Below are positions 8,974-18,194 of a stretch of 57,364 bases of DNA, piece after piece. The stretch spans positions 1 through 57,364 of the IMG/VR virus record IMGVR_UViG_3300025382_000007. The stretch is one strand, 5' to 3'. Positions within the stretch are counted from its first letter, which is position 1. Each line of letters begins with the position of its first letter. Both the position numbers and the translations under genes were made by a program. A model generated the notes under the pieces. The model was not told where the DNA came from. It did not search any database and saw only the letters and a list, made by a program, of their open reading frames with translations. This DNA comes from a virus. Lineage: Duplodnaviria > Caudoviricetes.

Positions 8974-9448
8974 TTTCATACTCAATATTGTTATTAGTAC
9001 CAATCCAAAGTGTACCACCATTTGGTAGTGGATTATTTATGTCTCTTACTATTATAGATGGTCCATTTATTTTAACAGATTTGGTAAGTTCTATTATTCC
9101 ATCATGTAAAACATAACAACATGGAATCTCTTCATCTATTTTTTTACGAAAGTTTTTTTGATTTAGATATACTCTATTTTTATCAATATGAATAATGTAT
9201 TTCATTTCTTTATATGATTCAATTTCTGTACATTCAAAATCAGAATCTGTTTCCATATAAACAGCTTTATTATTAATATCCGAACAATAATTTAATAAAA
9301 CTTTAGAAGGTCCTAATATTCTCATTGCTTCTTTACAACCAAGAATTCTTTTTTCAGTCTTTATTTCTGTAGCAGTTATCACAATTCCTTTATATTCTAT
9401 AAACTGTAAAGCATTATTTCTATTATTAACATCTATTCTATATTTCAT
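8960..9448 (-). CDS. Hypothetical protein with tandem internal duplication
   Basis: Two halves: MKYRIDVN..ILGPSK..YMET and MKYIIHID..INGPSI..WIGT. Confidence 0.6.
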   Translation of the reverse strand: MKYRIDVNNRNNALQFIEYKGIVITATEIKTEKRILGCKEAMRILGPSKVLLNYCSDINNKAVYMETDSDFECTEIESYKEMKYIIHIDKNRVYLNQKNFRKKIDEEIPCCYVLHDGIIELTKSVKINGPSIIVRDINNPLPNGGTLWIGTNNNIEYENEKM

Positions 9449-10503
9449 TCTAGTGTCAATGCCTCATGATATAAATCTACTATTTTATTTTCTAATTTAA
9501 CTTTATCAACGCCTTTAACATCTACACCAGATATATATTTTTTAAAGATATCAATTGTACTTTCAGCTTCATTAATAATATCTTGATCTTCTTCTAAACC
9601 AAGATTTAGATGATCTTCAACGATTTGAATATCTACTGGATTTTGTTTTTCAATATTATCTACAAATTTTTCAAACCAAAAAGGATTATTCTTTTCTTGA
9701 ACAATAACTTTTACGATTGATCCGGCAAATTCAGTATAGTCCATTTCAGAGTCTAGAAACTCTTCACTGCCATCATTATACCATACCTTTTTAAACATCT
9801 TATATGGATTTTCAATAAATTCTAAAGATCTAGTTTCCGTGTCAAAAATGTGAAAGCCTCTAGGATCATTATAATCAGACCAAGTATACTCTGCAGGAGA
9901 ACCAAGATAATAAATGTTACCATGGTGTGACCTATGATGAAAATGCCCAGAGCAAACAATATCAAACCGTCCAAAAAGCTGAGGGTCATCTCCGTGCGAT
10001 ACAATCGATCCTTTAAACATTTCGAACCCCTGGATTTCAAGATGTCCGAACGCAATTTGTGCATCTGTATTCCTTATTAGATTAAGTGAATGATCTCTAT
10101 TATCATCGCAAATCCAAGGAATAAACAAAATTTTAGTATTATCAAATATCACTTCTGTTGATCTATTATATATATTTATAGGATACCGATTAAATAATTC
10201 AATAAACGAACTGACTTCATTAGTATTTTTATGATAAGTATCATGATTACCAATAATTTGGTGCCAGTCGATGCCACGTTCTAAAGCCGGCTCTATTAGA
10301 TCTTTCCTGAGTCGGTATGCGGTATTAATATTGATGTATTTTCTACGATCAATAATATCACCGCAATGGACAACATTTTTAATATCATTATCATCGAGAT
10401 ATTTATAGAATACATTATTATAAAACCTTTTCATATAATCGTGAAAAGCAATAGAATCATTTCTGACTCCAGCATGTGAATCAGTAATAAGTGCAATTTT
10501 CAT
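9445..10503 (-). CDS. gp47: Recombination endonuclease subunit (Mre11-like)
   Basis: DSHAG, GDIIDRR, GNHD and SGHFH metallophosphoesterase motifs. Confidence 0.97.
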   Translation of the reverse strand: MKIALITDSHAGVRNDSIAFHDYMKRFYNNVFYKYLDDNDIKNVVHCGDIIDRRKYININTAYRLRKDLIEPALERGIDWHQIIGNHDTYHKNTNEVSSFIELFNRYPINIYNRSTEVIFDNTKILFIPWICDDNRDHSLNLIRNTDAQIAFGHLEIQGFEMFKGSIVSHGDDPQLFGRFDIVCSGHFHHRSHHGNIYYLGSPAEYTWSDYNDPRGFHIFDTETRSLEFIENPYKMFKKVWYNDGSEEFLDSEMDYTEFAGSIVKVIVQEKNNPFWFEKFVDNIEKQNPVDIQIVEDHLNLGLEEDQDIINEAESTIDIFKKYISGVDVKGVDKVKLENKIVDLYHEALTLE

Positions 10504-10713
10504 TTATTTTATTCTACGAATATTAATAGAATTGCCATTATTTTTAACAATAGCAGAAGCGCAATAATCACGGATCGTCTCTAGACGCTGAAGCAGTATT
10601 TGCTTCTCGTTGTCTCTTAGATCTTTATTGTTTAGACGTTCTACAATATCTACGACATTTATTGGAACGAGATGTAGGTTCTTATTCATTTTCATCTCCT
10701 GAGAATCTTTCAA
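10504..10713 (-). CDS. Hypothetical protein
   Basis: 69-aa ORF packed between gp55 and gp47. Confidence 0.6.
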   Translation of the reverse strand: MKDSQEMKMNKNLHLVPINVVDIVERLNNKDLRDNEKQILLQRLETIRDYCASAIVKNNGNSINIRRIK

Positions 10714-11242
10714 CTCCTACCATTTTACTTGACTTTTTAGTCTTTGTCAACTTTGTTTTATCTTCAAAAGAACGAACGATCTCAGAAGAGTATTCATTTG
10801 CTTTAAGATGTATATTTTCGGCGTCTGACCAAAGTTCGTTCATTATAAAACTATTCTCAAAGTTCTTGTGTTTAATATATGTCTGCTTCTTTTCTTTCTG
10901 GATACGCCTGATAAAAGCGTTCCAAGCTATCTGAGTAAAATAGGCAAATGGGTTATTAGTTCTTTCTGGGTCAAAGTTATCGACGGCGGCCACGCAGTCC
11001 ATGATGGCGTCTGATATCATGTCTGATTTATATGTGTAGCCAGAGAAATTTGGTTTCTTGGCTAAATTAGAACAAATCAATAATATCGATTCACCAATAT
11101 ATTTTGGTATCTGAGGAATGTTGTTCGCTCTCTTCTCTTTAGCTTCTTTAACTTCATTCTTATGATGAATCATAGCGCCATAGAGTGTCTTATTATTAAT
11201 ATAGTTATTTTTCTTTCTGGGTTTCTTCTCTGTAGTTTCCAT
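10682..11242 (-). CDS. gp55: Late transcription sigma factor
   Basis: YINNK, NFSGYTY, NPFAYFTQIAWNAFIRRIQKEKKQ. Confidence 0.97.
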   Translation of the reverse strand: METTEKKPRKKNNYINNKTLYGAMIHHKNEVKEAKEKRANNIPQIPKYIGESILLICSNLAKKPNFSGYTYKSDMISDAIMDCVAAVDNFDPERTNNPFAYFTQIAWNAFIRRIQKEKKQTYIKHKNFENSFIMNELWSDAENIHLKANEYSSEIVRSFEDKTKLTKTKKSSKMVGVERFSGDENE

Positions 11243-12711
11243 TATGGCGCCTTTACGTTAAGTTTCACTTGATAAATCTTATAACGAAAACGTTCTTCAT
11301 TATATATCTTAATTCGTTCCATAAAGTGTAGTATGGTGAAGTTCTTCTTGTTCTTCCATGTTAGATCGTCTGCTATGTCGTAAAGGGTAGCAGCAGTCTT
11401 AGTATCAGACTTACGTAACCCCCTGCCAATGGACTGAAGATTCCGTATGCGAGACTTGCTTGGGCTAGCAAAAATAATAGAATGAAGATTCTTAATATTG
11501 ACTCCGGTAGAAAAAGTACCAAAGCTAGCGACAATAATAGCATCTCGTTCATTTTCTACAATCCTTCTAATCTCTTCGCGTTCCTCACCGTCGACTGCGC
11601 CAGAGACAAAGAATATCTTTCTATCTCCAGCTTCTTTCTCTAACATGTCTCTTAGTATTTTACCATGTTTTTCAACAAATTGAAACAATAAAAGTGTGTT
11701 CCCGGTAAGTGATAACGCTAAATTTTTAATAAAGTTATTTCTCTCTGGAAGTCTTACTAGATAGTCTATTTCATCCTGATACTTCATCACCGATACCATC
11801 TTACGAACTTCATCGGAATAACTAAGTACTAAAGCTTTAATAGAGAATTCAGCAAGATGTTTCTTATCTATTAACTCTTTAGTAGATATAACTTTACGAA
11901 CAGGTCCAAACAATCCTTCAAGAACAAGCTTGTTTGTTTCACTTCCATCCAGAGTTCCGGTAAAGCCAAAGCGATATTTACAGTTATCAAGCTTAGAAAG
12001 AATAGAAGTAAGCGATTTTGCTTTAAAAAGATGCGCCTCATCACCGATCACTACATCAAAATTTGAGAAATACGTCTTAGGTAGTTTGTAAATTGACTGC
12101 CAGGTCGTGATGGTAATAGGCTTATCTGTATCTTTAGGTTGTCCAGAAAATACACGATGTACCCACATATCAGAGTTAAACCCGTAGTCAGCAAAATCAG
12201 AGGCAAGCTGACTAACAAGAGAAGTAGTTGGAACGATAATAAGAAACTTACCTTTAAGCAGTCCAAGATAATACCTCATAATTAAATATATTATAAACGA
12301 TTTTCCAGAAGCAGTCGGGGATAGTAGTAGTGTTCTACGTTCTCTAATAGCATGTATAAAAGCTTCTAATTGATAATCTCTAGGTTTAAATTTAGGAGAC
12401 AATTTATTAATAAATTCATTTGCTTCTTTAATAGAAAACTCTTCAGAACTAAAATCTGACAAGTGTTCTACTATATATTCTCTAGTACGACAAAATTCTT
12501 CAACATATCTTAAAAGACCGGCATATAATAGTCCGGACATTGGATTATACAAATATATAAATCCATCCCAAAATTTACTTCTATAGCTTGGCATATACTT
12601 AGCGCCTGGCACAGCAAACTTGAAATACTCTCTAAGTTCCATGGCTATAGAAGGTTCGCATTTTATTTTGATGTAGACTTCATCATATTTTTCAATTTCA
12701 ACAATATCCAT
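11242..12711 (-). CDS. uvsW: UvsW DNA helicase
   Basis: PRDYQ, SPTASGKS, DEAH and QSIGRGLR SF2 motifs. Confidence 0.96.
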   Translation of the reverse strand: MDIVEIEKYDEVYIKIKCEPSIAMELREYFKFAVPGAKYMPSYRSKFWDGFIYLYNPMSGLLYAGLLRYVEEFCRTREYIVEHLSDFSSEEFSIKEANEFINKLSPKFKPRDYQLEAFIHAIRERRTLLLSPTASGKSFIIYLIMRYYLGLLKGKFLIIVPTTSLVSQLASDFADYGFNSDMWVHRVFSGQPKDTDKPITITTWQSIYKLPKTYFSNFDVVIGDEAHLFKAKSLTSILSKLDNCKYRFGFTGTLDGSETNKLVLEGLFGPVRKVISTKELIDKKHLAEFSIKALVLSYSDEVRKMVSVMKYQDEIDYLVRLPERNNFIKNLALSLTGNTLLLFQFVEKHGKILRDMLEKEAGDRKIFFVSGAVDGEEREEIRRIVENERDAIIVASFGTFSTGVNIKNLHSIIFASPSKSRIRNLQSIGRGLRKSDTKTAATLYDIADDLTWKNKKNFTILHFMERIKIYNEERFRYKIYQVKLNVKAP

Positions 12712-13183
12712 TCATTAATTTCCGTTTCTCATGCATCTTTTTCATAGATTCAGCAATTTTTAATTTAGTTTCTTCAGAATGTTCAGTACCTAATCTACTA
12801 TTTCTAATATTTTGTTTTGTTTCATTAGATCTTTTTTTATTTAAATTATTAATTTTAATTTTTTGCTTTGTTTGTTCGTCTCTAGATTTACCTATTTTAG
12901 CTATAGACATCTTGTTTTTATGTTCTTCTGATTTTTTTATTCCTGTTAAAGAAATACCACCTTTTTTACCACCGATTGATTGCTTTGTTTTAATAATTTC
13001 TTCTTTACCAATATGGCCAAATAATCCCATCCAAGCAAGATAGTCTTCTTGTTTACCATATTCTTCCCATAATTTTTTATGTGCTTCAGCATGTTCTTCT
13101 ATAGTTAAACAAATAATATTAGATGGATCGTCTGATCCACCCATATGTTTTGGTATTATATGATGATGGTGATAAATATTCAT
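12698..13183 (-). CDS. Free-standing HNH homing endonuclease with NUMOD3 repeats (true start likely 13183)
   Basis: HHIIPKHMGG..DDPSN..LTIEEHAEAH plus KSEEHK/RSNETK/HSEETK repeats; SD AAGGAGG precedes the ATG at 13183. Confidence 0.88.
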   Translation of the reverse strand: MNIYHHHHIIPKHMGGSDDPSNIICLTIEEHAEAHKKLWEEYGKQEDYLAWMGLFGHIGKEEIIKTKQSIGGKKGGISLTGIKKSEEHKNKMSIAKIGKSRDEQTKQKIKINNLNKKRSNETKQNIRNSRLGTEHSEETKLKIAESMKKMHEKRKLMNGYC

Positions 13184-13198
13184 AGCTGTGTCCTCCTT

Positions 13199-13235
13199 GA
13201 CATAGAGTCCGTAGAGCGCCAACTCGTGACGGACA
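13199..13235 (-). repeat. Structured leader element, copy 1 (homing-endonuclease 5' UTR)
   Basis: gacatagagtccgt-agag-cgccaa-ctcg-t-gacggaca; GTCCGT/ACGGAC and GAG/CTC stems; near-identical to 14557-14594. Confidence 0.8.
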
Positions 13236-13239
13236 TAAC

Positions 13240-13247
13240 TATTTATA
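13240..13247 (-). promoter_or_regulatory. T4-type late promoter (TATAAATA) for the HNH gene
   Basis: Exact TATAAATA on the minus strand in the intergenic gap. Confidence 0.8.
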
Positions 13248-13251
13248 TATT

Positions 13252-13686
13252 TTATGCTCCCATCGTAAACTTCTGCCACTCAATTACATTTTTGATAATA
13301 AAGTTTCTATTAATAATAGTCTTTATTATAGAATCAAGAAAGTCGATCTTCTCATGCTGCATACCGATCTTAAGACTCAGATTAATCATATCCTGATCTG
13401 CATCAATATACATTGGAATATCACCCTTTAGTATCATACCACGCGGCGGTAGCTTCCAACCTTTTTGTTTAGTCTCTTCATTGGGTCCTTGAGTAAGGAA
13501 CTCAAACTTATCTAACTTCAATTGCTTCATCTCAGACTCAAGTTTTCGAAGTAATAGTCTTTCTTTAATAAGAATATTATAATATTTAGAATGAAGTTTT
13601 GGAATCGTTAGAGCTTCATCACCAAGCTCTGTTTTATCTATCTTTGTATCAGACTCCCATAAGTTCATTATTTCTTCGATATTCAT
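13252..13686 (-). CDS. uvsY: UvsY recombination mediator
   Basis: IPKLHSKY, YIDAD, IKNVIEWQKF; GGAGA RBS before the ATG at 13686; synteny with uvsW. Confidence 0.92.
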   Translation of the reverse strand: MNIEEIMNLWESDTKIDKTELGDEALTIPKLHSKYYNILIKERLLLRKLESEMKQLKLDKFEFLTQGPNEETKQKGWKLPPRGMILKGDIPMYIDADQDMINLSLKIGMQHEKIDFLDSIIKTIINRNFIIKNVIEWQKFTMGA

Positions 13687-13713
13687 ACACGTCTCCAACA
13701 ATCATTATAGAGT

Positions 13714-13743
13714 ATTATAACAAATAAACTACTATTTGTAAAC
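13714..13743 (-). promoter_or_regulatory. Sigma70/T4 early-type promoter driving the uvsY operon
   Basis: GTTTACA-17 nt-TATAAT on the minus strand. Confidence 0.8.
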
Positions 13744-13749
13744 TTTTTT

Positions 13750-13779
13750 GTTTACAGATCTAGGAAACATTGGTATAAT
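13750..13779 (+). promoter_or_regulatory. Divergent sigma70/early-type promoter, antisense to gp3
   Basis: GTTTACA-17 nt-TATAAT on the plus strand. Confidence 0.6.
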
Positions 13780-13801
13780 AGATTCTATCAAAGGAATAAT
13801 A

Positions 13802-14323
13802 CTATATAGTCTTAGCTATATTATAGTATGTGTACTTGAATGTAGCTGAAGCTTCTAAATATGTAATATCATTATCAGTAGTATTGAATACTACATCAGA
13901 TAGTTCAACAGGATAAGCATCAATAAAGATAACATCATAGTTTATAGTCTTAATATTTGATAGTATAGAAAGATTAATATCAGAATATATACCATCACCG
14001 GTGTATGACGGATTCTTTGCTAACTTATAGTATTCGTTGTAGTCTAACTTACCAAGATATCTTATCCAGTTATGTATTTCCAGATAGTTCTGAAGCTGCT
14101 CATCTACCTTAAAGGTTATCTGTAGGGTATCGTAGTCTAGATGATCTCCAGGATACGGTACTGGAACGAATTGGTTAGGTACTACTACTGACTTTAGAGA
14201 TAATCTTGGAATATTAACTTTCTGAATAAAGAAGTTAACGTTTGGAGCTTTCTTAATTAAGAATTTAAAATTTAGCGGACTGAGATAGTTTAAATTAGAA
14301 GGTGTATCATCGATCGCTGTCAT
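13802..14323 (-). CDS. gp3: Tail completion/tube terminator protein
   Basis: NYLSPLNFKF, FFIQKVNIP, ITFKVDE..NYLEIHNW; position downstream of gp23. Confidence 0.88.
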   Translation of the reverse strand: MTAIDDTPSNLNYLSPLNFKFLIKKAPNVNFFIQKVNIPRLSLKSVVVPNQFVPVPYPGDHLDYDTLQITFKVDEQLQNYLEIHNWIRYLGKLDYNEYYKLAKNPSYTGDGIYSDINLSILSNIKTINYDVIFIDAYPVELSDVVFNTTDNDITYLEASATFKYTYYNIAKTI

Positions 14324-14339
14324 TCTAGCTCCTTTTAAC

Positions 14340-14347
14340 TATTTATA
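14340..14347 (-). promoter_or_regulatory. Late promoter for gp3
   Basis: TATAAATA upstream of RBS AAGGAG. Confidence 0.8.
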
Positions 14348-14351
14348 TAAT

Positions 14352-14378
14352 AAAAAAAGGGGAGTCCGAAGACTCCCC
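14352..14378 (-). terminator. Rho-independent terminator with UUCG tetraloop
   Basis: GGGGAGTC-TTCG-GACTCCCC-TTTTTTT on the minus strand. Confidence 0.92.
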
Positions 14379-14406
14379 AGTTTCTCGCTGGCTTGCTTAT
14401 CCAGTC

Positions 14407-14556
14407 TTACTTGTCTTTATTTATATCTTTATTTTTTCGAAATTCTTCCCAACGCTTCTTGGTGGCTTCTGATACTCTCTTGCGTCTCTCATTGTTTGGG
14501 TCTGACCACTGCTCTCTCATACGCTCTGCGTTTTGTTGTTTCCACTCATCTGTATA
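14407..14556 (-). pseudogene. C-terminal remnant of a homing endonuclease (NUMOD3-like helix repeats)
   Basis: YTDEWKQQNAERMREQWSDP..RKRVSEATKKRW follows copy 2 of the endonuclease leader directly, with no SD or nuclease domain. Confidence 0.6.
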
Positions 14557-14594
14557 GACATAGAGTCCGTGGAGTTCGTACCTCGCGACGGACA
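14557..14594 (-). repeat. Structured leader element, copy 2
   Basis: gacatagagtccgt-ggag-ttcgtac-ctcg-c-gacggaca; stems conserved, loop changed relative to copy 1. Confidence 0.8.
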
Positions 14595-14596
14595 AT

Positions 14597-14631
14597 AAAA
14601 TAACCAGGGAGATGAACCCCCTGGTTATTTT
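14597..14631 (-). terminator. Terminator hairpin downstream of gp23 (possibly bidirectional)
   Basis: 13-bp inverted repeat aaaataaccaggg/ccctggttatttt with A/T tails. Confidence 0.75.
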
Positions 14632-14662
14632 TATCAGCCAAATATGACTGAATTGTGATACC

Positions 14663-16078
14663 TCACATCAAATTATTGACAATAACGCGACGATAGTATA
14701 CGTTAGTTGAGATCTGGCGACGGCCGTATCCCTTAGTTAGACCTTCTGCGAATGGATTTGCAACCATTCCGTAACGAGTCTTGAAGCCAATTTTTGGCTG
14801 GAAAGTTGACTGATCAACCGCACGAACCATCTGAAGTGGAACGTATGGGCAGTAGAAAAGACCAGCGTCAAAAGCGCTCGAACCTTTATAGCCGACAGTG
14901 ATGTAGTTACCACCGATAGCGTATGGGTCGATGTAGACTTTTAGACGACCATTGAGAACACCGGCGAAAGTATTGCCAGTATCGTCAACTTCTAGACGGT
15001 TTGAGTTAAGGGCAGGAGTGTAGTCGAGAACACCAGCCATCTGTAGAGCAGAAGCAACGTCTGAAGAACAGATAACGATGTTACCTTTCCCTCTACGAGT
15101 CTGCTTAGCAATTTGGTTAGCTTCGCGCTCGAGCTGGAACATAAGACCCTTGAACTTCTCAACTGACCAACGACCGTTTGAGTCGGTGTCAAGATCGAAT
15201 ACACCAGCAGTAGTTGTATTGTCCTGAGCGCCTGGAACGGCAGTGATGTTGATAGTACGAACTACTTCACGATTGATTTCAGCAAGAATCTCAGCTGAAA
15301 GAATGTTAGCAAGCTCAGTCTCAGCGTCTAGACCATGGATTGCTTTAAGATCTTGAGCAAGTTCCATAGTGTACTCAGCCTTAAGGGCACGAGTGTTAGC
15401 AGAAACAGTAACCTTCTCAATTGAGAACGCCATCTGTGGGAAAGTGTTACCTGAATCAACACCGAGTGACTCACCCTGTGATACAGACATACCAGTACCT
15501 GTGTTATAGGTATTAGTAGCAGTAAGTGGTGTAGTGTTGGTTGCACCAGGAATAGTGCCCTTGAAGCCAAGACCGAAAGTATTAGCGTCAACGCCTGTTA
15601 GACCACCAGCACCTGTGAACGCATCGTTAACTTCGTTATAGAAAGTCTCGTTTGATGCAGTGTTACCTGGCTGATTGCCGTCACCGGAAGCAGCGGTACC
15701 AGTCTGGTTGCTGTAGCGTGAACGCATAGCGAAGATAAGGCCGGTTGGACCAGTCATTGGCTGAACGCCGCAGATGTCGTAAGCGATGAGGTTAGGCATA
15801 GCGCGACGAACTAGACTGATTAGAACAGGATCGAAAGTATCGATACCGCCAGCGCCAGTAGTTGAGCTTGAAGCGCCCATTGCGTTGACTGGAGTTAGTG
15901 AAGAAGTCTCAGTAAGAGTCTGATAATCGCCATGAGCGGCAGATTCACGGAGAGCCTTCTGTGTGTTTTCGAGCATTACAGCAGTGACTGAACGACGATG
16001 CTGGTCCTTAATAGCACCGAGAGCGTCGTGGTCAAGTACTGGAGCCCACTTGTTTTGGATTTCCTCAGCTAGATACAT
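14663..16078 (-). CDS. gp23: Major capsid protein
   Basis: DPVLISLVRRAMPNLIAYDICGVQPMTGPTGLIFAMR, ELAQDLKAIHGLDAE, FYCPYVPLQM. Confidence 0.99.
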   Translation of the reverse strand: MYLAEEIQNKWAPVLDHDALGAIKDQHRRSVTAVMLENTQKALRESAAHGDYQTLTETSSLTPVNAMGASSSTTGAGGIDTFDPVLISLVRRAMPNLIAYDICGVQPMTGPTGLIFAMRSRYSNQTGTAASGDGNQPGNTASNETFYNEVNDAFTGAGGLTGVDANTFGLGFKGTIPGATNTTPLTATNTYNTGTGMSVSQGESLGVDSGNTFPQMAFSIEKVTVSANTRALKAEYTMELAQDLKAIHGLDAETELANILSAEILAEINREVVRTINITAVPGAQDNTTTAGVFDLDTDSNGRWSVEKFKGLMFQLEREANQIAKQTRRGKGNIVICSSDVASALQMAGVLDYTPALNSNRLEVDDTGNTFAGVLNGRLKVYIDPYAIGGNYITVGYKGSSAFDAGLFYCPYVPLQMVRAVDQSTFQPKIGFKTRYGMVANPFAEGLTKGYGRRQISTNVYYRRVIVNNLM

Positions 16079-16110
16079 TTATTTTCCTTTCTTTACTAAG
16101 GTTATTTTAT

Positions 16111-16118
16111 TATTTATA
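16111..16118 (-). promoter_or_regulatory. Late promoter for gp23
   Basis: TATAAATA in the gp22-gp23 gap. Confidence 0.85.
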
Positions 16119-16121
16119 AAA

Positions 16122-17237
16122 TTATTTCTTTACAGTTCTTGCAATTGCTTGAACGTAACGATTTACGCTTGGATCGACAGAAACAACAGTGTCAGTGTCA
16201 TCACCCTCAAAAGTCTCTTCAGTTATATTTGAAGAGGGAGCAGCTGGAGCTTTAAAATAGTTCTCTTTAACAATCTTTAACTTTTTAGTATAAGTATCAA
16301 GATCACCATTAAACTCAATGCCTTCGGCAAGAGCAGCAAACTTTTCTTGTTGAGTTAGCGCAAGATCTGAAGAAATCTCTTCGAAGATATCTTTCTTAGC
16401 TTCTTCAATTAGAATTTCTTCTAACTCAGAATTCTTAGTGATAGCTTCATCGAGTTTCTGTTCAAGAACATCAACCTTGTTAGCAAGAGCTTCTAGAACA
16501 TCTATCTTTTCTTCTGGAACACTGATGTGATGCTCAGCAAATAGACCTTTAAGACCGTCGATAAACTCTTCCATAATCTCGTTACGTAGAGTTGATTCGA
16601 TAGCGACTGTGTTTTCTTTCATCCAATTCTCAACGACGTAGTCGAGATAAGTATCAAGCTTTGCGCTCAATTCTTCATTGATAACTGCAACTTCTTCAGC
16701 GAGTTTAGTTTCAAATTCTTCTTCAAGACGAACCTGCTCAGCGATTACTCTAGCAGATACAGCAGCCTCAAATAGTGTAGAAGCTTTATCTTTAAATTCT
16801 TCTGAAAGGTCTTGACCGACGAACATCTCTTCGACGTCTTCAGCCCAATGATTCTTTGAGTCTAGTTTTGGCGTAGCGTCTTTTGTCTTTGGACCTTTGC
16901 CTAAAGTAGTATCGACCGTTGCCTGGTTTGAAGCAGACTTATCACCAACACCGTGGTCTTTTCCTGGACCAAACTGTGACATAGTCTTATTAAAGAAATC
17001 GACGAGATCTACTTTATCCATGCCGGCCATTAGATGAGTCATATTCTTCATCATGGCTACTTTTGAAGTAGTTACAGCTTTGTCATCGCCTGCAGCGTTT
17101 GACTTATCAGCTGATGCGTGAGTCTTAAGAGTATCGGCTGCGACTGTACCTTCTTCTACAGTTTCAACCTCTTCTTCAACGACTTCGTCAGTAGTGACAT
17201 TGTCTTCGAAGTCTTTTTCGTTTTCTAAATTAGCCAT
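16122..17237 (-). CDS. gp22: Prohead core scaffold protein
   Basis: LSEEFKDKASTLFEAAV, YLDYVVENWMKEN, KIVKENYF. Confidence 0.95.
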   Translation of the reverse strand: MANLENEKDFEDNVTTDEVVEEEVETVEEGTVAADTLKTHASADKSNAAGDDKAVTTSKVAMMKNMTHLMAGMDKVDLVDFFNKTMSQFGPGKDHGVGDKSASNQATVDTTLGKGPKTKDATPKLDSKNHWAEDVEEMFVGQDLSEEFKDKASTLFEAAVSARVIAEQVRLEEEFETKLAEEVAVINEELSAKLDTYLDYVVENWMKENTVAIESTLRNEIMEEFIDGLKGLFAEHHISVPEEKIDVLEALANKVDVLEQKLDEAITKNSELEEILIEEAKKDIFEEISSDLALTQQEKFAALAEGIEFNGDLDTYTKKLKIVKENYFKAPAAPSSNITEETFEGDDTDTVVSVDPSVNRYVQAIARTVKK

Positions 17238-17267
17238 TAGAATAGTCTCCTTATTGAAATTTATAAT

Positions 17268-17275
17268 TATTTATA
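17268..17275 (-). promoter_or_regulatory. Late promoter for gp22
   Basis: TATAAATA overlapping the gp21 stop. Confidence 0.75.
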
Positions 17276-17942
17276 TTAAGTAATCTTTTACCGTTAAAGA
17301 AGCAATATAATTTTCAAACATCGCAATTTTATTTGCTTCTATCTGTTCTTTAGTCATCTTATGAATTTCTTTTTTCATCTCATGAAGCTTTTCTTCATGC
17401 CAAGAATTCTTAACAGGATCATATATCCATTCGACATTTTCCATAATACCATTGACGAAACAACCTGGACCTGATGGGTCTGAAACGATATCGACAGTCG
17501 ATAGTTTAAAGTCAGGCTGGACTTCCATTACACCATTTTTCTCTAGAAGAGAACCCATGCCTCGTGTAGATACACCAAGCTGACCGCCTGAGCTCATCAA
17601 TCCCTTAGCTATTTCTCCCATTGGAGTTTCTGTTATTCTAGCTTTACCGACGTAGTAATCACCATCTTTTTTAAGCTCGGTGATTATGTGTGATACGCGA
17701 TCAAGATTAATCGTTGGACCCTGTGGATGACCAAGTTCACCAAACGCTCTTTTAGCATTGATTACTTCTTTGATATATCTTCCAATTTCAGGAGCTATAT
17801 GCTTTTCAGCGTAGTATCTACCATTCTTATTTGGTTTATTAAGAGCGATATATCTACCTTCGATATAGTGCTCTTTCTTACCAGCTTCATTTATCTCTGT
17901 AATGAAGCTTGTTTCTTCTACTAGTTCTGATATTAGTTTCAT
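17271..17942 (-). CDS. gp21: Prohead protease
   Basis: GELGHP, LGVSTRGMGS, DIVSDPS. Confidence 0.96.
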   Translation of the reverse strand: MKLISELVEETSFITEINEAGKKEHYIEGRYIALNKPNKNGRYYAEKHIAPEIGRYIKEVINAKRAFGELGHPQGPTINLDRVSHIITELKKDGDYYVGKARITETPMGEIAKGLMSSGGQLGVSTRGMGSLLEKNGVMEVQPDFKLSTVDIVSDPSGPGCFVNGIMENVEWIYDPVKNSWHEEKLHEMKKEIHKMTKEQIEANKIAMFENYIASLTVKDYLI

Positions 17943-17951
17943 TTCTGTTCC

Positions 17952-18194
17952 TTAATACTTAAACGCTACTGGAACTGCTAACATATTAGCGCCAGTTAAC
18001 GTGTCTGCTACGTTTTTTTGAACGACAACATATTGAGCATTCGAAACAGTCAGATTGGCATATTCTGATCCAGTACTATCTTTAAAGTGAAGCACAGCGG
18101 CCGCGCCGGTATTGATGACTCTTACCAGCGACGAATTAGCTACAGTGTTTGCTGTAGCAATTGATATCTCCGCACCCTGTGGTTTAATTATCAT
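17952..18194 (-). CDS. Hypothetical head-module protein
   Basis: 80-aa ORF in operon context before gp21. Confidence 0.65.
   Translation of the reverse strand: MIIKPQGAEISIATANTVANSSLVRVINTGAAAVLHFKDSTGSEYANLTVSNAQYVVVQKNVADTLTGANMLAVPVAFKY

Noticed and set aside
13184-13279. N-terminal extension of the HNH ORF given in the track
   Set aside because: It overlaps the uvsY end, the late promoter and the structured leader; the SD supports the ATG at 13183.
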